This document shows positions 12,843 through 25,939 of a stretch of 64,000 bases of DNA, one piece after another. This stretch comes from Podarcis muralis (lineage: Eukaryota): positions 80,104,001 to 80,168,000 of the forward strand of contig NC_135658.1 of assembly GCF_964188315.1 (NCBI RefSeq), read 5' to 3'. Position numbers and translations under genes: made by a program. Each line of letters starts with the position of its first letter. Positions within the stretch are counted from its first letter, which is position 1. The notes under the pieces are model-generated. The model made no database searches. It saw only the letters and a list, made by a program, of their open reading frames with translations, and was not told where the DNA came from.

Positions 12843-13069
12843 GTAAGTGGGTGGGTTTCAGTACCTAAATGTATATAGCTCCCTAATTTAAGAGACTTGC
12901 AGTGCAATTCTATGCATGTCTACTTAGAAATAAGCTCAACTGACCTACTCCCAGGTAAGAGTGTATAGGATCACAACCTTGTGCCTATATAAACCACAAA
13001 CATAAGACATCAATTCACACATCTAGCAAAGTGGGATCCGCAATGGATATTTGTTATTCTTTAAGGTGC

Positions 13070-13381
13070 ACTGTGGGTTAAACCACAGAGCCTAGGACTT
13101 GCTGATCAGATCCCCGTGACGGGGTGAGCTCCTGTTGCTTGGTCCCTGCTCCTGCCAACCTAGCAGTTCGAAAGCACGTCAAAGTGCAAGTAGATAAATA
13201 GGTACCGCTCCGGCGTTTCTGTGCGCTGCTCTGGTTCGCCAGAAGTGGCTTAGTCATGCTGGCCACATGACCCGGAAGCTGTACGCTGGCTCCCTTGGCC
13301 AATAAAGCGAGATGAGTGCCGTAACCCCAGAGTCGGCCACGACTGGACCTAATGGTCAGGGGTCCCTTTACCTTTACCTTT
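13070..13381 (+). mobile_element. Sauria SINE
   Basis: Sauria body with (ACCTTT)n tail. 10-bp TSD TTTAAGGTGC at 13060-13069 and 13379-13388. The B-box segment is deleted. Confidence 0.92.
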
Positions 13382-14496
13382 AAGGTGCGACAAGACTGAT
13401 ATATATATATATTTGCTAAAGCAGACCATCAAGGCAACCTCTCTGGAATTTCCCAACCTTAAATCCATTACCTGAAAATATTTGCATGGATTTCAGTAGA
13501 GCTTTGTTCCAAATCAGTGTGCTTAGGATCACTCCATAAAACTGTTTGAGGAACTTAGGTTTAGGACAACATATCTGTTTCCTCTTCAGGGTTACAACAA
13601 GTGCATCCATCTGCACAGATAATCTGGCATTTTGAATAACTTCACACTTAAGCCCTGTCAATTTGATCTCCCAAGGTTAATTGATTATTACCATAGTACT
13701 GCCAGAAAAGATCAGAGTGCTTACATCTTTTCATTAATCCTTTGCCATTCAGGGAGAGGATGTAAAAGAAGCCTATAGTGCTTTGGGTTTTACTGTTTCC
13801 AAGTCTACCGCCCATACTCCAGACTTGTATTTATTATAGCTGATGAATCTTCTCATCAGTGACACGGTTTGTCATGCATACAAACCAACAACACACAGTA
13901 TCATGTTTCCGGTAAAAAGGCTAAAAAGCAAAGAAAGGTCAGTGCATCAAGGTTATTAAGGAGGAAAGGCAAAAACTAAAACTGTCTAAATCTGGGAAGG
14001 ATGGGGGAGGGGAGTCCAATAACAAGCTCGAATCCCAGTTCTTTCTTAAAGCTGACATTCAGCATTTTTGCCTTGGTAAAAGCCCGTCAGCATTCAACAA
14101 TGCCTCTCAGGGGTGTTCTAGTAGAGATGAGCTTTATCAGCAATTGCATATTTGTTATTGACATCATTCTTTTCAGTGGCCTAGATGGGCACAATGGGGG
14201 ATTAACCCGCATGCAAGGCAGTGTGACAACTCAGTTGAAAAACAGAACCTGGTCAAATGTCAGTTCTGAAAAACTGCTGTTGTAGAGAAACTCTCTCTAT
14301 TTTTTTTTAAAGCATTGCTGTGTTTGCTGGAAACCTACATTTATTTTAAACGATTGCCAGTGGCGTTTTTCAGTTTGGAAACAAACAAACAAGCAAACAA
14401 ACAAACAATCCTCATACAGAAAAGCTGGAAATGAGAAAAAGATAACGGAGTTCTATTTTACCTTGCATTTGGTCTTCCTATTATGATGGAAGTTTC

Positions 14497-14497
<1 letters not shown>

Positions 14498-14542
<45 letters not shown>
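14498..14542. repeat. (ATT)n microsatellite
   Basis: Direct reading. Confidence 0.95.
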
Positions 14543-14910
14543 TTAAAAAAAGGTCAAGCGAGTTTGGTGCTTTTATAACCTGCCAGACTCTCCTCTAAAG
14601 AGAGGAGAGACAACCGCCCCCCCCCATGCGCCGTGAGGTAAATTAGGCTGTGTGAGATACTGACTTGCTCAAGACTACCTAGTGAGTGCAATTGCATGCT
14701 ATAATAAAAATTGGGTCTGAATATGGCAGCACTGGGTCTGGTTCCTCACGGACCTGCCTCAATGTCTAGTACAATTTACTCCATGTCTTGACATGATTAC
14801 GCTGTGGGTTCCCCCACCCATACTGGTGTGGAATGAAGGCGATTTGTACCTGGAGATTTGTACCTATGTTTCTTACCCAGCCTCCTAGCAACTGCACTGG
14901 CACTGCCTCA

Positions 14911-15462
14911 GACCCCACTTACAGTATACATTTAAAGCACCATAATACCACTTTAAATAGTCGTGGCTTCCCACAAGAATCTTGGGAACCGTAGGTGGTT
15001 AAGGGTGCTGGGAAGGAATCCTCCTTCACAGAGCTACAATTTCTAGAGTGGGTTCACAATCAATCTCTCTTCCCAGGGAACTCTGCAAATGGTAGTGCTG
15101 GGAGGTGGTGTGTGTGTGTGGGGTCTCCTAATAGCTCTCGGTTCCCTTAACAAACTACAGTTCTAAGAATTTGTTGGGCAGGAGGGAAGCCCATAAAATG
15201 GTATGGTACTGCTTTAAATGTACAGTCATGCCTCATGTTACGTCCGCTTCATGTTACGTTCTTTCAGGTTACGTCCCGTGGTGACCCGGAAGTTTCTCCG
15301 CTCGTGCAAAATGACACCAATCGCATGCGCAGAAGCGGCTGAATCACAACCTGCGCATGTGCAGATGCACCGCTGTGGTTTGCACTCTTTTTATGTTGCA
15401 AACTGGCCTCCGGAATGGATCCCGTTCGCAACCAGAGGTACCACTGTACAGTGCACTGGGGT
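14911..15462. mobile_element. PIF/Harbinger-type palindromic MITE, interrupted by a Tc1/mariner MITE
   Basis: Long imperfect inverted arms (TACATTTAAAGCAC...GCTTTAAATGTA; GGGAAC(C/T)GTAG...CTACAGTTC). Same family as 33424-34597 and 54089-55166. Confidence 0.7.
15223..15446. mobile_element. Tc1/mariner (Tigger-like) MITE
   Basis: TA|CAGTCATGCCTC...GAGGTACCACTG|TA with TA target duplication. Confidence 0.8.
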
Positions 15463-15495
15463 GGAGGGCGTGGGGATGTTCTCAGTTTATATATA

Positions 15496-15835
15496 CAGTG
15501 GTGCCTCGCAAGACGAAATTAATTCTGCGAGTTTTTTCGTCTTGCGAATTTTTCGTCTTGCGAAGCACCACTGTATTAAGTCTGCAGTAATTTTAAGAAG
15601 TGGCCCCAACATTCCCCAGCAGGCTACCACACCGCGTGCTATGAGTTGCTCCTCGAAGTCAAGTCGCAACTGTATTAACGGTTTTAAGAAAAAGGAAACA
15701 AACTTGCAAGATGTTTTCGTCTTGCGAAGCAAGCCCATAGGGAAATTCGTCTTGCGAAGCAACTCAAAAAACCAAAAACCTTTCGTCTTGCGAGTTTTTC
15801 GTCTTGCGAGGCATTCGTCTTGCGAGGTACCACCG
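15496..15835. mobile_element. Tc1/mariner (Tigger-like) MITE with repeated TTCGTCTTGCGA motif
   Basis: TA|CAGTGGTGCCTCGCAAGACGAA...TTCGTCTTGCGAGGTACCACCG|TA. The 212-aa ORF at 15218 is incidental read-through of two MITEs. Confidence 0.85.
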
Positions 15836-17399
15836 TATATTCTATCTAATTAGTCTAAGATTTTAGACATGTTGTTTTGTGGGCAAACGTCTTGGGGCCA
15901 TGTGACATTGGTGGAGGTGGCCTGAGGAAAAATGGTTGGAGTAATATGCGAGACTAACCTTTGCTTGGTAGGCTGTATTTCAGCCGTGCCAAAGTCTTCA
16001 GTTCCTACACATGTTCTCCTCTCTGTCTTTAATCCAGGGGAGTAAGAGGCACAATTGAAAGACACATTCCAGCCAGGCAAAATCACTGAAGGAGGGGGTG
16101 GAGCAGGGCTGGTGAGAAGGCTAGCCTGGAGATGAGAAGGTATGGCCAGATATATGTATTTAGAAGGCCACATTCAGCCTCTGGGCCTGAGGTTCCTAAT
16201 CCCTGATTTAGAACATAGCTTTAGCTCTCATTATCATATTTAAAAAACCCACATATGCCATCATTCCACTGAGTGATTTATCGGTATGATTAGTATCCTG
16301 ATTTAGTGATTTAAACTATGCGGTAGGCTAGTCCTTGTGTATTTAACTGAGCATCCAAAACTGATACTCAGCAGCAACAACAGAGACATGGACGTAGCGA
16401 CCAGTCCCTGCAACAACCCAGATACCAATTCTATGACCGTCTGTACTCTGGGAACATAATTATTAGCTAATAACGTCAGCCAAAGCATCTTTCAACACTA
16501 TGCCATCTTCAGTCAACAATGCCCTTTTGCATTCTCCATAAGACAAACAGGCCAGGCTCTATGCAAAATAATAATGATACCAGAATACAAATCTAGACAC
16601 AAATCTAACATTAGGAAACACAATATTCAAAAACTAGCAGGAGAACTGCTCAGCCTCCCTTGCTGACCTGAATGTGCCCATTTTTAACAAAGAAACAAGG
16701 GTGGGACAGACTAATCAAAGTTCAATTCTATCACCTCTGGATTAAATTGAGATAATGCCTTTCCCCCTTGCTACAGCTATTAATTAACATAGCAATCCTA
16801 GGGAAAAATTGTATCATTTTCAGTTACTGCTGTTGTGAATTATCATTGTGCTTATTTTGCATACGTTTTAGCATGAATGTAATTGACAATTTTATTTGTC
16901 TGTGGCACAACAGCCATTGCAAAATGCTGAAATGCAAATTTATAGTACCTGCAAACACAAAACAGTAGCAAACCTAGACATATGCTAGGACAAATACAAA
17001 GGAAACAGGGACAAAACATAGCACTGATAACAACTCTAATAGTAGATAACACTAATAATTATCAATACAAACAAAGATTAACAATAGCATCAAAATACTA
17101 CTGCCGATGGCCCTCTTTGCAGTCCATAGCAGACATCTTTAGAAAATTGAGATTAGGTTTTTTTTAGCTGCTACCGTGAAGTTGGCAACCATGTTTGAAA
17201 CAGTTTTATTGTGGTCTGCCAACAGATCACAAAAAAAATCTGGTCCAACCAGCACTTGCTCTCAAGAGGTCTCCCAAAAATGAGATCTGAGATCTGAGAT
17301 ACAAGGGACAAAGCCTCCTGGGTACCACAAGGACACAGAATCGCATGTCTGCTGTGCACAGGGAATCCCTTTATGCTTTCCCTCCAAATAAGCTGAATA

Positions 17400-17625
17400 C
17401 AGTGGTACCTCGGGTTAAGTACTTAATTCGATCCGGAGGTCCGTTCTTAACCTGAAACTGTTCTTAACCTGAAGCACCACTTTAGCTAATGGGGCCTCCC
17501 GCTGCCACCCTGCCGCCGGAGCACGATTTCTGTTCTCATCCTGAAGCAAAGTTCTTAACCTGAAGCACTATTTCTGGGTTAGCGGAGTCTGTAACCTGAA
17601 GCGTATGTAACCCGAGGTACCACTG
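17400..17625. mobile_element. Tc1/mariner (Tigger-like) MITE
   Basis: TA|CAGTGGTACCTCGGGTTA...TAACCCGAGGTACCACTG|TA. Confidence 0.92.
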
Positions 17626-19575
17626 TACATTGTTTGGAAATGAAAGAAAGCTTTTCTAAGGGCAACAACAGTTAAGCTCTGGAATCTCTTGTTGAAAATA
17701 TCAATATCTCTTTAATGAACTTAAACCAAGGGGAAAATGCTTAGAATTGGCTGGCAAGTACATTTTCCTGCGAATCTACATCAAAAATCCTGTTTCTGAT
17801 GAAAAACCTTCCCTTATCAACTAGGGAAGTCTGAGCATTCTCAGAGTAAGACTGTGACAATGTTAACCAGCAATGGGCCCATCTACCCTTAGCAAGTTGT
17901 CCAGTGAAACACTGTTTTGCCAAATTACTGTCTGTGAAAGCTTATTCTGCAATAGATTTGGTAGTATTTAAGGTGCCACAATTCACTTCCTTGTTTTTAT
18001 TCTGGGAGAACCAGTGGGCTAATGCAGCTCTCCCTGTGCAGAAAAGTTTCCCTGTTCATTTCAGTTGGAGGCAAGCTAACCAGTACTCATATTCCTTGCT
18101 TCTTACTGTTTTTGGAAAGGAAAGCCCTGCACTCTTACCTACATGAGATAAAACTAGAACCACAGATTCAATTTAGTAATGACTTGTTACAGCAAATTTT
18201 ACCTGGTATTACTGCCAATGGGTTCAGTTTGAATTTGTTCCTTTCTGTGTTCTCTTCAGGCAAAGTGGGGAAAAGGGGGAAGCCAAAGTAATTTGGCCGA
18301 GGGGGGAGGAATCCAGGGTATCAAAATTGAAATGTGTGTAAATTAAACACATGTGAAGTGCACAATATGTGGCAAATTAGTACAGAAAATACTGCAAAAA
18401 ATGTGCATCTTCAGGGTTTGCCTGCACACCATGATGTGACAGGTATTATTGCCCTTTGTACAATTATTTAAACCCTGTAGGAATTCCCAGTGTCAGGGTA
18501 TGTCAGCGTACTGTTATTAGACAAGTTTAATTAGGATCTACCCTGCTGCTCCTAACAAGTATTTAATTAACTTCTAGGCAGGGTAATTAGCTTTTAGATT
18601 GTGGCTGATTTTCTGTCTCACCTTCTGTTGACACTTGGCCTCCACTAAGGCAGCCTGCTTTGCTGACAGTGTAATGGATAGTATCTTTGGGAAGCCTAAT
18701 ATCAAGCCTGACTAGTCTAATAAAAAAAGAAGAAGATGAAGATAAAAGACGAAATAATGACTGTCAGGGTCATGGTCCGAGAGTGCTACAAAAGGCCACA
18801 GATCAGACAGGCAGACACAAAAGCCCGCTAAAAGGAAGGAGGAAAAGAACAATTTGACCTTACGTACTTCAGGAAAATAGAAATAATTGGACAAGATTTG
18901 TGTGTGTGTGTATGTGTGTGTGTGAGGGGGGGGGGGAGGAAACAGGAAAAAAGTGTAAAGTATTTTGAATATACTGAATGTAGCTATTAAGAATCTGTAG
19001 TTGGTGGCATTTGGAAAAAAAAATATTGTACTAGAGTTTTCACCCTATATATTTATAAGGCAAATAAAAGGGAGTTGTTTGAACCTTTATTGTAAGATGC
19101 AATCCATTTCTATCTTTCATCGAAATAAAAATAAAACAAAATTAGCAGACTGTACAAATGAGCTTTATCGAAACTGGTTGTTGTTTAACCCCTTAAACCC
19201 CACCTGAAAATGTAGTGGAATTCAGAGACTGTGTCTTTTGATCTGCTCCGTAGAATTCTTTTAGCCATTCCTGACATATCATTAAAAATAATGGTGCTGC
19301 ATTCAGGAACACAGCTATGCAAAAATTTGGGACTAGGGGGGGTGGGAACGCTGAGGAGCTTGCAAAACCCTTCCCCTGTCATTAGGACAAAAGGCTTGTA
19401 ATTTTCTTTCATTTTGAAAAGCAGGATTTTTTTTTTAAAGTCTTAATTTTTGCAGAGTGCCCCAGGTATCTAAGTGTTGGTACTCCATGCCTCCTTTAGT
19501 AACAGAATTTCAACAGCATTGCTCCAAAACATTAACAGTTGACAAAAGTATTACCACTGAGTTTGGGTTTATTAT

Positions 19576-19577
<2 letters not shown>

Positions 19578-19617
<40 letters not shown>
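19578..19617. repeat. (AC)n microsatellite
   Basis: Direct reading. Confidence 0.95.
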
Positions 19618-19619
<2 letters not shown>

Positions 19620-19760
19620 TTGATCAGAGCACATGAAGGAGAAATTCTGATTATGAAGTCTTGGTACAGGGTTGTTAATAAAAAAAGCCCCTGACATTAT
19701 GAAATGTAGTGTTGTATGCCACCCCTCTCTCTGAGCGGTGCAACATTCCAGGTGTTCCAA

Positions 19761-19822
19761 GTGCTTACCCAGGGTTTGTGTTTCGTTTGGAATGAGGGAC
19801 AGTGGAGACTGTGGTGTCTTTA
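19761..19822. repeat. Short repeat fragment related to 27118-27180 (possibly LTR-derived)
   Basis: GTGCT(T/C)ACCCAGGGT(T/C)TGTGTT...GTGGAGACTGT is shared between the two loci. Confidence 0.35.
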
Positions 19823-19846
19823 GGATATAAGGTATATGGGGTGTTA

Positions 19847-20122
19847 AGGTAAAGGTAAAGGGACCCCTGACCATTAAGTCCAGTCGTGGCCGACTCTGGG
19901 GTTGCAGCGCTCATCTCACTTTACTGGAAATGCCATTTTCCTTCCCGCCGGAGTGGTACCTATTTATCTACTTGCACTTTGACGTGCTTTCAAACTGCTA
20001 GGTTGGCAGGAGCAGGGACTGAGCAACGGGAGCTCACCCCGTCACGGGGGATTCGAACTGCTGACCTTCTGATCGGCAAGCCCTAGGCTCTGTGGTTTAA
20101 CCCACAGCGCCGCCCGCGTCCC
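19847..20122 (-). mobile_element. Sauria SINE with internal deletion
   Basis: Head GGGACGCGGGCGGCGCTGTGG with B box GGTTCGAATCC-like sequence on the minus strand. TSD GT(A/G)TATGGGGTGTTA at 19832-19846 and 20124-20138. Confidence 0.92.
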
Positions 20123-20139
20123 TGTGTATGGGGTGTTAG

Positions 20140-20755
20140 GGGAGGGGTAATACCTCTGTGGGGGACACATTGTGCTTCTTCTGGGGTTGTTTGTCCACAC
20201 ACCCTGCACTCAGCTCTCACCTGTGGCTCCTAGAAGCTGTCAGCATGTGACAGTGGCCACACCCCAGGAATGGCTTCGACTGGCCAGCTAAACCAGGGTA
20301 GCCAATGGCTCTCAAACCTTTGGTGAATTAGGGACTTCCCCTGCATGTGAAGACAGGCTCTGGCAGATTGAGCGGACGGGGGCCAATAGTGGGTTCAACT
20401 GTCAAGAAGTCGGCTTCTGCATGTGTTGTAGAGGGAAGTGAGGGGCAAATGGGGCTCATCAAACTGGAAGGTAGCCCATCTAGGGGGAGGAAAACTCTAA
20501 TCATTAACCTCTACTTTGCTTGTGGGATAGCTTATGGGGAAGAAAAGGCTAAGGAGTAAATCCTATACAAATCCGGAGTGGAGTCCCTAAGATGGTTGGA
20601 TGGCACCTTGTACACCTCCTTCCTGTAGCCAAGCTGGTGCCAAACGTATTGCTCTGCTTTCCTTTGGACTACTTCAGTGAGGCTGAGAGGGTAATCCTAT
20701 CATCTGGGCAGCCCAGGACCTCCATACACACTGTCCAGGCTTACGCCCTGGGGGC
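20140..20755 (+). mobile_element. RTE-related non-coding retroelement fragment (5'-UTR-like, non-autonomous)
   Basis: Contains GGAAAACTCT...AACCTC and GAAGAAAAGGCTAAGGAGTAAATCCTATACAAATCCGGAGTGGAGTCC, which I recall from squamate RTE 5' regions. No ORF2 sequence. Confidence 0.45.
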
Positions 20756-21143
20756 AAACTGGTTTTTTGGGGTGTGTGTGTGTTGCTGTAACGTATCACT
20801 AGACATACTACAATCACTGTTTTAATGGTCTTCCTTTCCCCTGTGCTGGGACATTCAGCACAGTAATCATAATGTCAGTTTCCTTTGGAGAAGAGAGTAT
20901 TGGAGACCTCTGGTGTCTTGATAGCCTGTGTATATGGGCCTTTATTCCTTACAGAAATAAATAAATAAAAATCACATAGATGGTTTTTTCCACAGCAGTC
21001 CACAAACCCCTCATAAAAGCAGTGGGCAGTATAAAACAAACCATGAATACCTTACAAGGTGCAACTGCACCCTAAAATGCCAAGTCAGACAATACAACAG
21101 ACAAAGCTAACAGTCTTCCCACCTGCCAAAGGACTGTATTAAA

Positions 21144-21513
21144 AAGGTAAAGGTAAAGGACCCCTGACAGTTAAGTCCAGTTGCGAATGACTCTGGGGTT
21201 GCGGCGCTCATCTTGCTTTACTGGCTGAGGGAGCCGACGTTTGTCCGCAGACAGTTTTTCCAGGTCATGTGGCCAGCATGACTAAGCCGCTTCTGGCGAA
21301 ACCAGAGCAGTGCATGGAAATGCTGTTTACCTTCCCTCCGGAGCAGTACCTATTTATCTACTTGTACTTTTTGGCATGCTTTCAAATTGCTAGGTTGGCA
21401 GGAGCAGGGACCAAGCAATGGGAGCTCACCCTGACACGGGGATTCGAACCGCCGACCTTCTGATTGGCAAGCCCTAGGCTCAGTGGTTTACACCACAGGG
21501 CCACCTGCGTCCC
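21144..21513 (-). mobile_element. Sauria SINE (full length)
   Basis: AAGGTAAAGG tail at left, GGATTCGAACC (B box, reverse complement) and GCGTCCC head end at right. Confidence 0.92.
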
Positions 21514-22056
21514 TCTGCGTTGCTTTGAGGCTAATAGTTGGGGCCTGCATGCTGGTGGTGGGTGGAGCTGGAGACAAACGTGTTCCCACCACAAAAATTC
21601 TTAGAATTCACCCACCCCAAAAGACTGAAGTCAGTCATTGATGGGAAGGGAGCATTTTTTTATATAAAATAAAACCCTTCTCCCTCTCAAACTCACCAAA
21701 ATAGCTGGGCTGTTTACTTTGGCCCAGCATTACCATAAATACTGACTCATGGAAGCTGGTTTTCTTCCACAGAACATCTTGCTGTGCTGGCTTACAAAAG
21801 CCTCTGCATCCTTCACCCAGGGTGTGCAGTAATCCATGATGGTTTTGATTGTGCATGTTCCCCATAACAAAAGCCTCTGTCAAGGCTGAAATGTAGGCTG
21901 CTGTCAGATTTGAGTCAGGAGCTGAAAACTAGGAATTCAGCCCAGGAGTCAAAGCCAGGGGTGAGAGCCAAGGAACAGGCCAGAGCCAAGAAGACATTGA
22001 CGAAGGTCCTAGTCCAGTCAGGATGCCTTTAATAGCACTTCCTGTCCAGGAGGTCC

Positions 22057-22059
<3 letters not shown>

Positions 22060-22123
<64 letters not shown>

Positions 22124-22124
22124 T
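22060..22124. repeat. Compound (CT)n(GT)n microsatellite
   Basis: Direct reading. Confidence 0.95.
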
Positions 22125-22630
22125 AGGTCACAATAAAAATATCACTAGCAGATAACGTTCCTAGTTGCAGTTCTGACAATCATAGCTCATGATGTGTGGC
22201 AGGAGGGCAGACGCTGAGGGGTGGGGAAGGGACGGAGCTTTGTGTGTCATATGACCTCTTTTAAGCCCCCTCTAAGCTAGACTGCTGACCCCAGTTGGAG
22301 TGGAGTCCCCAGCCCTGTTGTCAGTGTCAAATATTCAACTGCCCACCTGGTTGGGTTTTGTACCTGGAATGGGAGCAGGCACCATTTTGTTCTTTGCCTC
22401 AGGCAGCAATTCTGCTTAGATATGTTTTTTGTTTTGACGATCAAGCAACATATAAAATGTGTTTTAAAAAACGTATTGGGCCCAATCTGAAGGTTTCCAT
22501 TTCTAGCCTTTGCAGTTTCTGACAATCAGTTCCTTTCCTTCTGGCTCTCTTCTGAACTGGCGATCAACACTGCTAAACGCCAACATTGATGATGATCTCT
22601 TTAGGAGGCACACATGTAGAATAATACAAT

Positions 22631-22758
22631 CATAGAGTTGGTTGGGACCATGAGGATCAACTAGTCCAAGCCCTTCGATTCAGGAATCTTTTGTCCAGCA
22701 TGGGCTTGAACCCCAGATCCTGAGATTAACCATCTCATGCTGTACCAACTGAGCTATC
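22631..22758 (-). mobile_element. tRNA-Lys(CTT)-headed SINE with CR1-type 3' tail
   Basis: Minus strand reads GATAGCTCAGTTGGTACAGCATGAGATGGTTAATCTCAGG...GGACTAGTTGATCC...CAACTCTATG. Confidence 0.75.
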
Positions 22759-24269
22759 TATGACTTCTTTCTGTGGCACAGCTAAAGCAGCATACTATGT
22801 CCAGTAAACATAGGGCAAGGGAGCTGTACATGACTAGAATGGCTACAAGGGGCATTAGTGCTGAAATGAATGGTAATTGGCATGCTATGAGGATTAGTAA
22901 TTAGTGCTGATTGATGGCTCACATGCAATCGTATGTAGTATTTTACAGCTGAACGTTTGAGATTTCATTTTTATACCAGCCAAAGAGAACACAAAGAAGA
23001 AAAGCCCATAAAACTCAAGCACACTAATTTTAAAAGTTCACATTCCAAATTTTAATTTCAAGTTTTTCATTCAAACCATGAATGATGTAGTTGGGAATCT
23101 GAAGGTATTTGAGATATTTCCAAACATTCATTTCCACTGTCACCCATTAAATGTGACCTACGGTTGTGCCCTGTTCTTCATGTACACTGCTAGGAAAAAG
23201 CCCTATATACCGCATATATTTCTATTTTAACTTTTCCTGAAATATATTTGAAGGTATATTAAAACATTGCATAGCTTTCTAAAAGTAGAGCAAATGTTTT
23301 TAAAGTAGGGTTGTTGTTTTTTTAAAAAAAATGTACTGTGCAACAGTAATGCATGCTGAATGAGCCCACCATTTTTCATCTTTTCAAGCCTGCCAATATT
23401 TAAATCTTCGAACATTTCTGGAATGACTTATAGAATTAGAAGGCTCTCTGCCAGTTTATCAATTTTAGTTAGCAATGAGAACCCTCTCATTGAATGTTAG
23501 GCTTGGAGGCCTTCCCTATGGAGGCAATAATCTCTTTTCCCAACAGACAGTGGCTGCCAACTGGCTCATGGGATTGACAGGTAGAATTGTACCTACATGC
23601 CACCTTGCCGAACCTATAGCAATTTGTTCCGAAGCTGGAACACTGACTGCTATGAGGTACTTCTCCTTAATTCAGAAGAGGGAAAGCTGGCAGGAAAATG
23701 GTTGCACCTGCCAAGGTTTATAGGGTTTAGCAGCTAGCAGGAAGCTAAAAGCAATGCAAAGAAGATTTCCTACAATTGGCAACTTCTCTCAGCTTCTCAC
23801 AGCATGAAACATTTGCAGTTCCCCCCACCTTCAACTTTCATAGTACATGAAAACTGCGATTAGGTGAAATGAACTACATAGTTCCGTTCGGAGCTTAAAT
23901 CTCAGGCTCGACTCCATTTGTTTTGTTTTAAATGAAGTTGCATTTCAGGACTCTGGGTTGTTGGCCACTACCATTTACTCAGAGTAGTTCCATTGAAAAT
24001 GAGGGACCTAAGTTAGTCATGGTCATTAATTTCAATGGCTCTTCTCTCAGTAAAAGTTGGTGGAATACAACCCAGAATCCTCCCAAGCTGGCCGACGACA
24101 AATGTGAGGAAAAACAACAGCCACCAAACTGGGATAGCACCACTGAGAGAGCCAGGAGACAGAAAGAGGGAGGAACCTATATGTACGGGAAATGTACTAT
24201 TTAAAAGTATATTTCTAGCACCTGGAAGTCTTTTCCCTCTCTTTTTTGTTTTGGTTTGCAATAAATACA

Positions 24270-24660
24270 AACCAAAGAAATTGTAATGTCAACAATAAAA
24301 TACAATATAAAACCACAAATTAGAAATATCATCCTCCCCACACCCACAGTAAAAAAGCATTTAAAAACACACTCCAAACCAGCATATTGGGAATCTAAAG
24401 GCCAGTAAGACAGCAGCATTCTCAATAAGATAATCTCAGTTAAAAGCCATTTGAAACGGATATATCTTCAGAGCATTTTTGACGACCCAAACTGATGAGG
24501 ACAACCATACATCCCTTGGAAGGGAGTTCTACAGATTTGGGGACACCACAGAGAAGACCCTGTCCCTGCTGCTCATCTCATGGAGCTCATGATCAGCAAG
24601 TAGGGCCCATGAACTGATCCTAGGGGCTCAAGCAGGTTCATACAGGTACTCAAGATACCA
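24270..24660 (-). mobile_element. Decayed L2 3' fragment
   Basis: GGGAGTTCTACAGATTTGGGGACACCACAGAGAAGACCCTG parallels the L2 at 37255-37300. Confidence 0.55.
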
Positions 24661-25939
24661 CCAGCAGTTCGTTAAAAAGCAGAACCTGAAGCAAATGGTT
24701 CTGAATCTAAAATTCTGGTAGCCATTCTAAAATCTGCTACACTTCTGATGAAATGCAAAAGAACTGCACTTAACTAACACCCAGCATTCTTGTGATATCA
24801 CCATTCTAGCAATACTTTGATTTTTTAGAAATGAATTATCAGAACTTTTACTGTACTCCCCCCCCCCAATTTAACACTGGCATTTCCACGGGGTTGATCT
24901 CAGTGGAAAGGTAAGAGGCCCTTGTGGTATTCGAGGTAGCTTAGAATGTTTATTTAGTTCATTTCAATAATTTAAATGGTGTCAAATGCTTTTAGGTGCA
25001 AGGCATTCTACCCAGTTTTCTAGGAGCTCTTAATGCTACCAGGAGCAAATGATTAGGTGAAATGGCAAAGTATATTAGTACGGCTGCTGTAAAATCTCCC
25101 AGAAGCTTGCATATCTGGTCTGTGTTGGTAATAGGATACGGAGCTAGAGAGGCCATTGTACGGCTGTGCGACGGCTGTCCTTTCTCTGTCTCTTGCACGT
25201 GTGAAACTCTGCAGGTGATGATTCCAAAAGGACGAAACCTGCACATGATGCTCTTATGGTTTGCCTGCTATAGATACCGCAGCCCACAGAAAATTAAACC
25301 ACAATCAGATGGATACATTTCTATAACCAGTCATTTCAAACCTTGCATCACAAATTAATGTATTCTGCGTCAATAAAAGAACCTGATTTTGTGCTTTGAA
25401 TCCAGTCCTTTGCCTTCTGTTTGCTACACAATGCCATCTGACTCCTTTAAAAAAATATGGTGTTCCTCCCCCCCCCCCTTTTCCCAACAGCTGCACCTGC
25501 TCCGCTTCAGAAATATCACTGAGTGTAAATCTTGGACTTGTTCTGTCTACTCTGATGTTAATGCTGCCATTGGCTGAGAAGAGCAAAGAAAGCAAAGTGT
25601 AATGCTTCATCAAAAGAAAGAAAAGGTGCATTCAAAAGCTCATTAAAATATATATTTTAACATCAGAGGAAAACATGAATGCAGTTCCCCCCCCCCACTA
25701 CTTTAAATAATTAGGAGTGAGCACAACGTTTTGCAACATTTTTAGGTGGTAGCAAAAAGCATGCTCCCACACAGTCAGTTCTTTCTTTTGGTGAGGGGGG
25801 GGGCATGCCAAAAAGGAATCAAAAGTGTGAAAAATTTGCATTGCAGGCAGCATTGCTTTCAGTCTTAATTGACTTCCTCCCCCCCCCCCCCCAGTGACTG
25901 CATTGCATGGTGATATCATTTATGGATCTGTAGTCTCAT

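Noticed and set aside
15218-15853. 211-aa ORF
   Set aside because: It is read-through of two adjacent MITEs and has no transposase motifs.
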